A stretch of DNA of 64,000 nucleotides from an uncultured Anaerolineales bacterium (lineage in GTDB: Bacteria; Chloroflexota; Anaerolineae; Anaerolineales; UBA11858): NCBI GenBank assembly GCA_964621835.1, contig CAZUMA010000005.1, positions 2,527 through 66,526 of the forward strand, written 5' to 3'. Under the pieces are notes generated by a model. The model worked only from the letters and a program-made list of their open reading frames with translations, was not told the origin of the DNA and searched no databases. Both the position numbers and the translations under genes were made by a program. Positions 54,328 to 61,593 of this stretch are shown here, one piece after another (within the stretch, counting starts at the first letter, position 1; the number at the start of each line of letters is the position of its first letter).

Positions 54328-55610
54328 TACCGCGACCTCAACTTTGGATTATAGATCTCCATCAACCCTTCCCCGAGCATGGTAAAAGCCAGCACAATCA
54401 GCATGATTGCCAAACCTGGAAAGGTGATCATCCACCAGGCAGTTTGAATAAACCGCTGGCCCCGGGCCAAATCAATGCCCCAATCCGCGATGGTCGGTGG
54501 CAGCCCCAGCCCAAGGAAGGATAATCCAGCCCCGGTCAGGATGGCATCGGCTACGTTGACCGAAAAGATGATCGCCACTGACGGAATGACATTCGGGAAG
54601 ATATACAGCCTCAGGAGATCAGCTCTCGTGGCCCCGATGCTCCGCGCCGCCTCAACATATACTTCTTCTTTCACGGATAAGGTTTGACCGCGGACAATTC
54701 GATAATAGGTTGGAATATACAGCACTGCAATGGCAACAATGACATTCAACACGCTGGGTCCAAGCACCGCGGTGATGGCAATGGCCAGAATCAAACCTGG
54801 AAAAGCGTACAAGGAATCCATCAGCAGGCTGAGCAGACGATCAAAACCCCCGCCCATATACCCAGCCAGCAGCCCCAAAGGGACCCCCAGAAACAGAGCC
54901 ACAAGAGAAGCACTGAAGCCAATGATCAGGGCAATCCGGGTCCCCCAGATCAACCTGGAAAAAACGTCCTGGCCAATTTCATTGGTTCCCAGCAAAAATC
55001 CTCCCTGGGTCGCGCGTTCTCCGGTGATGGAGCCGGACACCTGCAGTTGAGGATAATCGCCAGCCAGCTTGTTAAATTCCTGCATTTCTACCACAGCCGC
55101 TTCCACATCCCCAGTGATAATGGCCTGGAGCATTTCAGACCTGGAATTGAACCGGATGATATCCGGGCGTAATCTCAGATCTTCAGCACCATCTCGAAGT
55201 TCTTGATCAATTTTGCTGGCTTCCTCCCGCAGGGCGCCGGAAGTGGGAAGCCCCTGCAGGACCCCAACCGGCACCCGTCCTGCATCTCTAGGGACTGCCA
55301 GATCCTCGAGATTGTCAATCCCAGAGCCAGCCGGGACGATCAATACCGGGATAGCCGGGACCTCACCTGGGGCCAGAAACCTGGGGCCGACAAGATCCCC
55401 GGGGTGGTAGGGAGCAAACCATCCTGGAAATAACGCCAGAATGATGAACCCAAGTACCATCAGGGAGGATATGGCAACCAGCCACCAATCAGCTCCATAC
55501 CACTTCCTGGCCATCAAGAGCCGTCGGACTATACCAACTTCCTGGAGATCCTCTTCCCAGGAAAAATCTTTTTGGGTTTCTTGTGGAGTTTTTAGTGCCG
55601 AATCTGCCAT
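54327..55610 (-). CDS. peptide/nickel ABC transporter permease (OppC/DppC-like) with ~140-aa extracytoplasmic insertion after TM1
   Basis: The BPD_transp_1 core has LGTNEIGQDVFSRLIWG and the EAA-like loop EAARSIGATRADLLRLYIFPN. At 427 aa it exceeds the ~300 aa I recall as typical. Confidence 0.85.
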   Translation of the reverse strand: MADSALKTPQETQKDFSWEEDLQEVGIVRRLLMARKWYGADWWLVAISSLMVLGFIILALFPGWFAPYHPGDLVGPRFLAPGEVPAIPVLIVPAGSGIDNLEDLAVPRDAGRVPVGVLQGLPTSGALREEASKIDQELRDGAEDLRLRPDIIRFNSRSEMLQAIITGDVEAAVVEMQEFNKLAGDYPQLQVSGSITGERATQGGFLLGTNEIGQDVFSRLIWGTRIALIIGFSASLVALFLGVPLGLLAGYMGGGFDRLLSLLMDSLYAFPGLILAIAITAVLGPSVLNVIVAIAVLYIPTYYRIVRGQTLSVKEEVYVEAARSIGATRADLLRLYIFPNVIPSVAIIFSVNVADAILTGAGLSFLGLGLPPTIADWGIDLARGQRFIQTAWWMITFPGLAIMLIVLAFTMLGEGLMEIYNPKLRSR

Positions 55611-55612
55611 GG

Positions 55613-56710
55613 TCAGTATCTCACTCTGGGATCAATCAGGGAATAAATGATATCCACGGTTAAACTGATCACGGCCACAAAGAGGGCAAAGATTGTAATC
55701 ACCCCCTGCACGGCTGTGTAATCGCGTGATGTGATCCGCTCCACCAGGTAGCTGCCCATGCCTGGCCAGGAAAAGACAGTTTCCGTGAGCACAGCGCCAG
55801 CCAGCAGGATCGCCACCTGCAGCCCAATCAAGGTCACAATGGGAATGAGGGCATTTTTCAGCGCGTGAACGTAGATCAAGACCCGTTCCAATAGTCCCCG
55901 GGCGCGACCTGCATAGATGTAATCGGCCGCCAGGGTTTCAATGACATTAATCCGGGTCAGCCGGACAAAAACCCCCGATAAAATTAGCCCCAGCGTGGTG
56001 GTTGGCAGGATCAGGTGGACCAGAACAGATCGGAATGCGACCCAGTTTCCGGTGATCAGGGTGTCAATCAGGTATAAATTCGTTCTTCTTTCCAGCGTGG
56101 TCCCAATCACGGAATCAATTCGGCCTGAGATCGGCAGCCATTCCAGCTGGACTCCCAGAAGCAGCTGCAGCATTAATCCAAACCAGAAGATAGGCAGGGA
56201 GTAGATCACCACTGAATACATCCGCAGCCCGTAGTCGGCAAATTTCTTCCGCCTGGAGGCGGCGAATGTCCCTGCAAAAATCCCGAGGCCCAAAGCGACA
56301 AGCGAGGAGGGAATGACCAATTCCAGTGTCGCTGGAAACCGTTCACTCATCTCATCGACAATCGGCCTGTGACCCCCGGTTAAGGAATTTCCAAAGTCAA
56401 GCCGGACAGTATCCCAGATAAACCGGCCGTACTGGACAATCAGGGGATCATTCAACCCCATTTGTTCTCGAATCCGGAAGATCATTTCCTCCGTGCCTTT
56501 CGGTCCCAGGGCTGAGGAAACTGGATCGCCCGGTAAAACACGCATCACGAAAAAAATCAAGCTCGCCAGAATAAACACCATCGGGATAGTCAGCACCACC
56601 CGGGTCAGGACATATCTCCGGAGCCCTAACGATCCGGTGATCATGATGTAGATTAATCCCAGGACAGCTGGCAAGCCAATAATGATAGCGATTAATGCAA
56701 TGGGTGACAT
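55613..56710 (-). CDS. peptide/nickel ABC transporter permease (OppB/DppB-like)
   Basis: It has six TM helices and the EAA-like loop YIYAGRARGLLERVLIYVHALKNALIP. Confidence 0.88.
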   Translation of the reverse strand: MSPIALIAIIIGLPAVLGLIYIMITGSLGLRRYVLTRVVLTIPMVFILASLIFFVMRVLPGDPVSSALGPKGTEEMIFRIREQMGLNDPLIVQYGRFIWDTVRLDFGNSLTGGHRPIVDEMSERFPATLELVIPSSLVALGLGIFAGTFAASRRKKFADYGLRMYSVVIYSLPIFWFGLMLQLLLGVQLEWLPISGRIDSVIGTTLERRTNLYLIDTLITGNWVAFRSVLVHLILPTTTLGLILSGVFVRLTRINVIETLAADYIYAGRARGLLERVLIYVHALKNALIPIVTLIGLQVAILLAGAVLTETVFSWPGMGSYLVERITSRDYTAVQGVITIFALFVAVISLTVDIIYSLIDPRVRY

Positions 56711-56778
56711 GGATGCACCTTTAAGGTTTTAAAAAAACAAAAGGGGTGGGCTTTCACCCACCCCTTGGGTGAAAAAGG

Positions 56779-58506
56779 TTACTTGAGCTGCAGTAATGAG
56801 TAGTTGAACTCAAGCGTTCCGCCGATGTTGAGGGTTTCCGGCGACGCAAAATCGTCAGATCCCATCACATTGTCGCGGTAGACCACGTGCTCTGCCTCGA
56901 AGAACAGCGGGACGGAAACAACCAGATCCGCGTAGACGTTCTGGGCTTCCTCATAAAGCGCTTCCCGGGCTTCGAGATCAGTTTCGGTGGAAGCTTCCAC
57001 AAGCAGGTCCACCAGCTCTTGAGCCGTGTCGTTGATCGGCTCACCGTAATCGGACCCTTCCGCTTGCAGGGACACATTCGTGCCCAATCCGCCATTGTAG
57101 ACGAAGGGTTCAAGGTAGTTGGAGGGATCCGGATAGTCAAAGAACCAGCCCAACACACCGATCTGGTAGGCTTCACCACCAGTCAGGGTGGTCACATAGG
57201 TGCTCCATTCCTGGGCCTGAAGCGTGACATCTATCGCGCCAGTGGCTTCCAGCTGCTTCTCGAGCACTTCCATCCAGGCTGCTGTGGAGGCACCATAGTG
57301 TTCAGGCGGGTACCACATCTCAACTTCAACCGGGTTGTCTTCTGTGTACCCAGAGGCCGCCAGGAACTCGCGGGCTGCATCAAGGTCCGGGGAAGCATAC
57401 AGATCATCAAAGGCTTCATTGGCACCCAGGAATCCTGGGGGAACCATGGAGTACAGCGGGGAAACCTGACCACCAAAGACCGTGTCAGAGATCTCATCCC
57501 GGTCAATTGCAGAGGCAATTGCCTTGACAACATTGGGGTCATCCATCGGTGCGATCGTGTGGGTGACAATCAGGTAGCGGATTGAACCACCATTGATCGT
57601 GCCAACAGTCAGCCCCTCAACGCCCTCAAGCTGTCCAATCAGCTCAGGACCAAGGATCCGCCAGGCAACATCGATTTCGCCATTCTGGACAGCCAAAGCC
57701 ATCGTCTGTGGATCAGCAAAGTAGCGGACAATCACGCGGTCAACCTGGGGCATTCGCTCGCCGTTGTAGAAAGGATTTTGCTCAAGGACGACCTGTTCTT
57801 TCTGAGTGTAATCAGAAATCCACCAGGGTCCCACACCGTAGATCGGTGCCTCAGGATAGAGAACACATTCATCCGGTGAGAAGATGTCAGGATGGGCGGG
57901 GAAGTAGGCTGCGCTGGCCATAAGCTGCGGGAAGTATGCCACAGGTTGCTTGAGCAGGAAGACAAGTTTATTTTCTTCTGCCACAACGCTCTCAACATAG
58001 GGTGTGGCCAGGGCACTGGCGACACCGTTGGGGCAATCCGGGCCAATGGTCAGCAACCGGTTCAGCTGTTCAGCGTACATCTCAGCTGTCAGTTCCAGGC
58101 CGTCCCCGAACTTGATCCCGTCACGCAGGGTGAAGGTATAAGTCAGGCCATCCTCGGATACTTCCGGCATGCCGGTCGCAAGACCGACACCCAGTTCAGC
58201 TGTACCAGGCTTCCACACCAGCAATCCTTCGCCGGTATTCTTGATCAGCTCCCAGTCCCGGACAGCATAGGCATCCGCCGGATCCAGACTTGAAATCGTG
58301 TCCGTGGTCCCGATGACGATGGTGGTGGGCTCAACGGCCTCCTCCATCTCTTCTTCTTCGGCCTCTTCTTCTTCAGCCTCTTCTTCTTCCATGACCTCTT
58401 CCGCCGCTTCTTCGGGCTCAGGGGTCTCTGCCCCACCGCAGGCGCTCAAAGCTAATGAGCCGACCAGCAGAAGAGCAATTAATAGAAATAGGGTTTTATT
58501 TTTCAC
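56779..58506 (-). CDS. ABC transporter substrate-binding lipoprotein, family 5 (peptide/nickel)
   Basis: GTG start with an AGGAGG RBS. The lipobox is LALSACGG, followed by an acidic EEEAEEEE linker and then an SBP_bac_5-like body. Confidence 0.88.
   Translation of the reverse strand: MKNKTLFLLIALLLVGSLALSACGGAETPEPEEAAEEVMEEEEAEEEEAEEEEMEEAVEPTTIVIGTTDTISSLDPADAYAVRDWELIKNTGEGLLVWKPGTAELGVGLATGMPEVSEDGLTYTFTLRDGIKFGDGLELTAEMYAEQLNRLLTIGPDCPNGVASALATPYVESVVAEENKLVFLLKQPVAYFPQLMASAAYFPAHPDIFSPDECVLYPEAPIYGVGPWWISDYTQKEQVVLEQNPFYNGERMPQVDRVIVRYFADPQTMALAVQNGEIDVAWRILGPELIGQLEGVEGLTVGTINGGSIRYLIVTHTIAPMDDPNVVKAIASAIDRDEISDTVFGGQVSPLYSMVPPGFLGANEAFDDLYASPDLDAAREFLAASGYTEDNPVEVEMWYPPEHYGASTAAWMEVLEKQLEATGAIDVTLQAQEWSTYVTTLTGGEAYQIGVLGWFFDYPDPSNYLEPFVYNGGLGTNVSLQAEGSDYGEPINDTAQELVDLLVEASTETDLEAREALYEEAQNVYADLVVSVPLFFEAEHVVYRDNVMGSDDFASPETLNIGGTLEFNYSLLQLK
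58348..58390. repeat. 15-nt tandem repeat x ~2.9 (CTCTTCTTCTTC[G/A]GC) encoding the (EEEEA)n linker of the SBP
   Basis: Read directly: ctcttcttcttcggc ctcttcttcttcagc ctcttcttcttcc. Confidence 0.8.
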
Positions 58507-58586
58507 AGATTCTCCTCCTTTGAGAAAAAGGGAAATACAATATTAGTAAATAGTTTTTGTCTGAATGGTTTGATTCTTCCGAGCAT
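58503..58586 (-). CDS. possible 27-codon upstream ORF (leader peptide) ending on the SBP start codon
   Basis: Own translation gives ATG(58586) MLGRIKPFRQKLFTNIVFPFFSKEENL TGA. The stop overlaps the GTG start of the SBP gene (GTGA). AAGGAGG lies upstream but with only a 2-3 nt spacer. Confidence 0.25.
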   Translation of the reverse strand: MLGRIKPFRQKLFTNIVFPFFSKEENL

Positions 58587-58650
58587 CACCTCCTTGATCG
58601 AGATCTACTATGCGATGAATAGGGTGATTCATTATTGCAAAAGATATGTT

Positions 58651-58664
58651 GTTTTTACTGCTGA
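58651..58664. repeat. 14-nt exact direct repeat copy 1 (GTTTTTACTGCTGA) inside the ABC-operon leader
   Basis: It is identical to the 14-mer at 58872-58885. Confidence 0.7.
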
Positions 58665-58822
58665 AGAACCCCCTTCTTGGGAAAATAGAAAATGGTTATT
58701 GCCTTCTCCGATCCGGTGTCTGGCCACCCACTGATAAAAACCCACCTTCTACGGTGAAACCATTCTGCACCCTTTCGGACTGTTTCGGGGGTTCCGAAGC
58801 TAAGCATACCGCTTGGCAATAA

Positions 58823-58850
58823 ATTATAAACAACTTTCCACATCTGTCAA
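58823..58850 (-). promoter_or_regulatory. consensus sigma70-type promoter TTGACA-N16-TATAAT for the ABC operon
   Basis: On the minus strand, TTGACA is at 58850-58845 and TATAAT at 58828-58823, with the spacer gatgtggaaagttgtt. Confidence 0.6.
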
Positions 58851-58871
58851 CTTGCTCAACCCAATAAAAAG

Positions 58872-58885
58872 GTTTTTACTGCTGA
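58872..58885. repeat. 14-nt exact direct repeat copy 2 (GTTTTTACTGCTGA) upstream of the -35 box
   Basis: It is identical to the 14-mer at 58651-58664, 221 nt away. Confidence 0.7.
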
Positions 58886-58982
58886 GATTAGTCTTCCTTT
58901 AATGTCCCCGAGGCCAACCTGCAAACCGGGATCGACCGCATTAAGGATAGATTAATCCCGCCATTCTTTAAAGCACCCCTGG

Positions 58983-59015
58983 AAAAAAAACAAGCCCTGG
59001 AAATCCAGGACTTGT
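58983..59015 (-). terminator. intrinsic terminator after the malic enzyme gene
   Basis: The minus-strand RNA reads ACAAGUCCUGG-auuu-CCAGGGCUUGU (11 bp, one G-U) followed by U8. Confidence 0.85.
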
Positions 59016-59051
59016 TCTTTTATCTCTGCTTATGAAAGCTGCCTTTTACCG

Positions 59052-60407
59052 CTATTCCTCGGGAGCCGGGGGAATAAACCCCTCCTTTTCCATCATTGCG
59101 GTGAGATTCCGGGAGCGTTGGATCACCCGCGTTGCTTCTTCGAGCAGTTCCTCGTAAGTTTTTTCCAGCTGGGCGATGCCCTGCTCCTGGGCTTTCATTC
59201 CCACCGCCGCGGCTTCCCGGGGAAAGACCTCCCAATCATCCATGGTGGGAAGTAAATGTTCCTCATCCAGTTGATCCCCGATCTGATCCGCCAGGGCCTC
59301 TGCGGCGGCAAAACACATTTCATCCGTGATGGTGGTTGCCCGCACATCCAGGGTTCCCCGGAAGATCCCCGGGAATCCCAGGGAATTGTTGATCTGGTTT
59401 GGAAAATCTGACCGACCGGTAGAGACGATCCTGGCTCCCGCTTCCTTGGCATCCCAGGGCCAGATTTCCGGGATAGGGTTCGCGCAGGTGAAGACAATTG
59501 CGTCCTCGTTCATTGTCTGCACCCATTCTGGCTGGATAACATCCGGGCCCGGTGTTGAGAGCGCAATCACCCCATCCGCACCTTGCATCGCTTCCGGGAT
59601 CCCCCCCGTTCTTCCCTCCTTGTTGGTAATCTGGCAGAGATGCCACTTGTCCGGGTAAAGATCCTTTTTTGATTCTAAATCCTTCCGGTGCCTGCCCAAA
59701 ATCCCCTTGCTGTCAACCATATAACAGAGACCGGGATCCACCCCCCAGCTGTAGATTAACCGGGAGATAGCCACATTGGAAGCACCGGTTCCAATAAAGG
59801 CAATTTGGACCTGATCTTTGTTCTTTTCAACCAGTTTCAGGGCGTTCATCAGCCCGGCCAGGGTCACCGTTGCTGTGCCTTGCTGGTCATCGTGCCAGAC
59901 CGGGATCTCTGCCCTGGCCCGCAGTTCATCCAGGATCCGGAAGCACTTCGGTTGGGAAATATCCTCCAGATTGATCCCGCCGAATGAAGCCTGGATCAGC
60001 AGCACTGTTTCAATGAGAACATCAGGGTCCTTGGTGTCAATCATAATCGGCACCGCATCCACCCCCCCTAAATACTTGAACAGCAGGGCTTTTCCCTCCA
60101 TCACCGGCAGCCCCGCTTTGGCGCCAATATCCCCCAGCCCCAATACCCGGGTCCCATCACTGACAACTGCTATGGTATTGGCTTTGCTGGTATGCTGGTA
60201 GATTGTTTCGGGATCCTGGTGGATCTCCCTGCAGGGTGCTGCCACTCCCGGGGTGTACCAGATGGCAAAATCATCGACCCCCCGAACAGTGCATTTTAAG
60301 GTTGTCTCCATCTTCCCTTGATAAAATGGATGCAGCTTCAGGGCATCCTCAGCGGGTTTTTTTGCCTTCTCCAACAGCTCCTCAACATTGATTGACTTGT
60401 CTGCCAT
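59052..60407 (-). CDS. NAD(P)-dependent malic enzyme (short form, oxaloacetate-decarboxylating malate dehydrogenase)
   Basis: ATG at 60407 behind a GGGAGGA RBS. YTPGVAAPC, VVSDGTRVLGLGDIG, FGGINLEDI and GTGASNVAI are typical malic-enzyme motifs. Confidence 0.9.
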   Translation of the reverse strand: MADKSINVEELLEKAKKPAEDALKLHPFYQGKMETTLKCTVRGVDDFAIWYTPGVAAPCREIHQDPETIYQHTSKANTIAVVSDGTRVLGLGDIGAKAGLPVMEGKALLFKYLGGVDAVPIMIDTKDPDVLIETVLLIQASFGGINLEDISQPKCFRILDELRARAEIPVWHDDQQGTATVTLAGLMNALKLVEKNKDQVQIAFIGTGASNVAISRLIYSWGVDPGLCYMVDSKGILGRHRKDLESKKDLYPDKWHLCQITNKEGRTGGIPEAMQGADGVIALSTPGPDVIQPEWVQTMNEDAIVFTCANPIPEIWPWDAKEAGARIVSTGRSDFPNQINNSLGFPGIFRGTLDVRATTITDEMCFAAAEALADQIGDQLDEEHLLPTMDDWEVFPREAAAVGMKAQEQGIAQLEKTYEELLEEATRVIQRSRNLTAMMEKEGFIPPAPEE

Positions 60408-60542
60408 CGATCCTCCCATGGGTTAGATTTGGCAACAAAGAGTCCGGAACCGTTAATTGATTTAATTATAAGAGAATGCGGGGCCTCCCTCCCCTTGCTT
60501 TCCTCCTGAACTTTCACGCCGTATCTCACCTAACAGCAGAGG

Positions 60543-60580
60543 AAAAAAAAACAGCTGCGGGCAGTCAGCTCCGCAGCTGT
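60543..60580 (-). terminator. intrinsic terminator after the AcsE-like gene
   Basis: The minus-strand RNA reads ACAGCUGCGG-10 nt loop-CCGCAGCUGU followed by U9. Confidence 0.85.
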
Positions 60581-60608
60581 GGTGGGTTTCAAGGTAATCC
60601 AGTCAGAA

Positions 60609-61532
60609 TCACTGCTCAAGGAAAGAATCTGCGTAGATCACTTTGTTGAGCAGAATCTGGACTGTTTTCCAGACCTCAACCTGTTCAGGATCCTCCATAT
60701 CAACATCGTCTTTGGTCAGCTCATCCATCGCTTCCACTTTATCATGCAGGGTCAGATAGAGCTTGCCAAGGGGGGTGCTGTCGTCCCGCTCTTCCACGAT
60801 CCGGATGGCTTCCTTGAGCTTCTCATCCAGTGGGTCGGCAATCATCATTTTCAACCCCGCCCCCATCATCATCACCCCATAAACGCGGTTAAGCAAGGGT
60901 CGGATTTCATGGGGAACAGCGTTGGAAACGTTGGATAAGCCCACAGACACGGCAGGGGGCGGATCCCCGGCATACTGCAGCATCCGGACGGCCTCGATGC
61001 ACTCCGGACAGTATTCCTGACAGCCGGATACGGTCAGCACCAGCGGGTCAACGATCAGATCGGTGATCGGCAGGCCAACCTCCATCGCCCTGGGAAGCAG
61101 ATGCTCAAGGGCGAGGTTGACCCGCTCATCTGCCCCCACTGGAATGCCGCCCTTGGCCATCGTCAGGGCGATCAGCCGGGCGTTGTATTCCACAGCTACA
61201 GGAGGAACGGATTCCAACCGTTCTGGTTCTGCAGAAGTGGAGTTGATGATTGGCTGTGCTTTGGTGACTTCCTTCAGGCCAGCAATAATTCCATCCAGGT
61301 TGGTGCTGTCAAAGCACAGCGGCACATCAACCACCTCTTCCACCACCTTGGTGATCCAAGGAAATACCTCCTGCCAGTCTTTCTTCTGACGCCCCAGGTT
61401 GAGATCGATGGCATCCGCGCCAGCTTCGACCTGTTTTACGGCTAACTCCTGGAAAAATTTTTCATCCCGGTCGGCCAGAGCGGTCTTCACTTTGGGGGAG
61501 ATGATATGAATGTTTTCTCCAATGATATACAT
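60609..61532 (-). CDS. acsE: pterin-binding methyltetrahydrofolate:corrinoid methyltransferase (AcsE/MeTr-like)
   Basis: MYIIGENIHIISPKVKTALADRDEKFFQELAVKQVEAGADAIDLNLG...CFDSTN...INS is a pterin-binding (DHPS-like) TIM barrel pattern. The ATG at 61532 has AAGGAG 8 nt upstream; the track start is 61538. Confidence 0.75.
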   Translation of the reverse strand: MYIIGENIHIISPKVKTALADRDEKFFQELAVKQVEAGADAIDLNLGRQKKDWQEVFPWITKVVEEVVDVPLCFDSTNLDGIIAGLKEVTKAQPIINSTSAEPERLESVPPVAVEYNARLIALTMAKGGIPVGADERVNLALEHLLPRAMEVGLPITDLIVDPLVLTVSGCQEYCPECIEAVRMLQYAGDPPPAVSVGLSNVSNAVPHEIRPLLNRVYGVMMMGAGLKMMIADPLDEKLKEAIRIVEERDDSTPLGKLYLTLHDKVEAMDELTKDDVDMEDPEQVEVWKTVQILLNKVIYADSFLEQ

Positions 61533-61593
61533 AACCATTACTCCTTATCAGATGATCAGTTTTGATTGTCTCTTTAAACCCATGCTGCGGACC

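Noticed and set aside
58690-58822. T-box (GGGUGG core at ~58715-58726 on the minus strand) or glycine riboswitch (CACCG...GGAGAAGGCAA) in the ABC-operon leader.
   Set aside because: The T-box 3' half (UACCGCG), specifier and AG-bulge features are not seen, and the U-tract precedes rather than follows the candidate element. The glycine GGAGAG 5' motif and second aptamer are absent.
58655-58843. A 62-aa minus-strand ORF inside the ABC-operon leader.
   Set aside because: It would start inside the promoter -35/-10 spacer, upstream of the expected transcription start. Its composition is also atypical.
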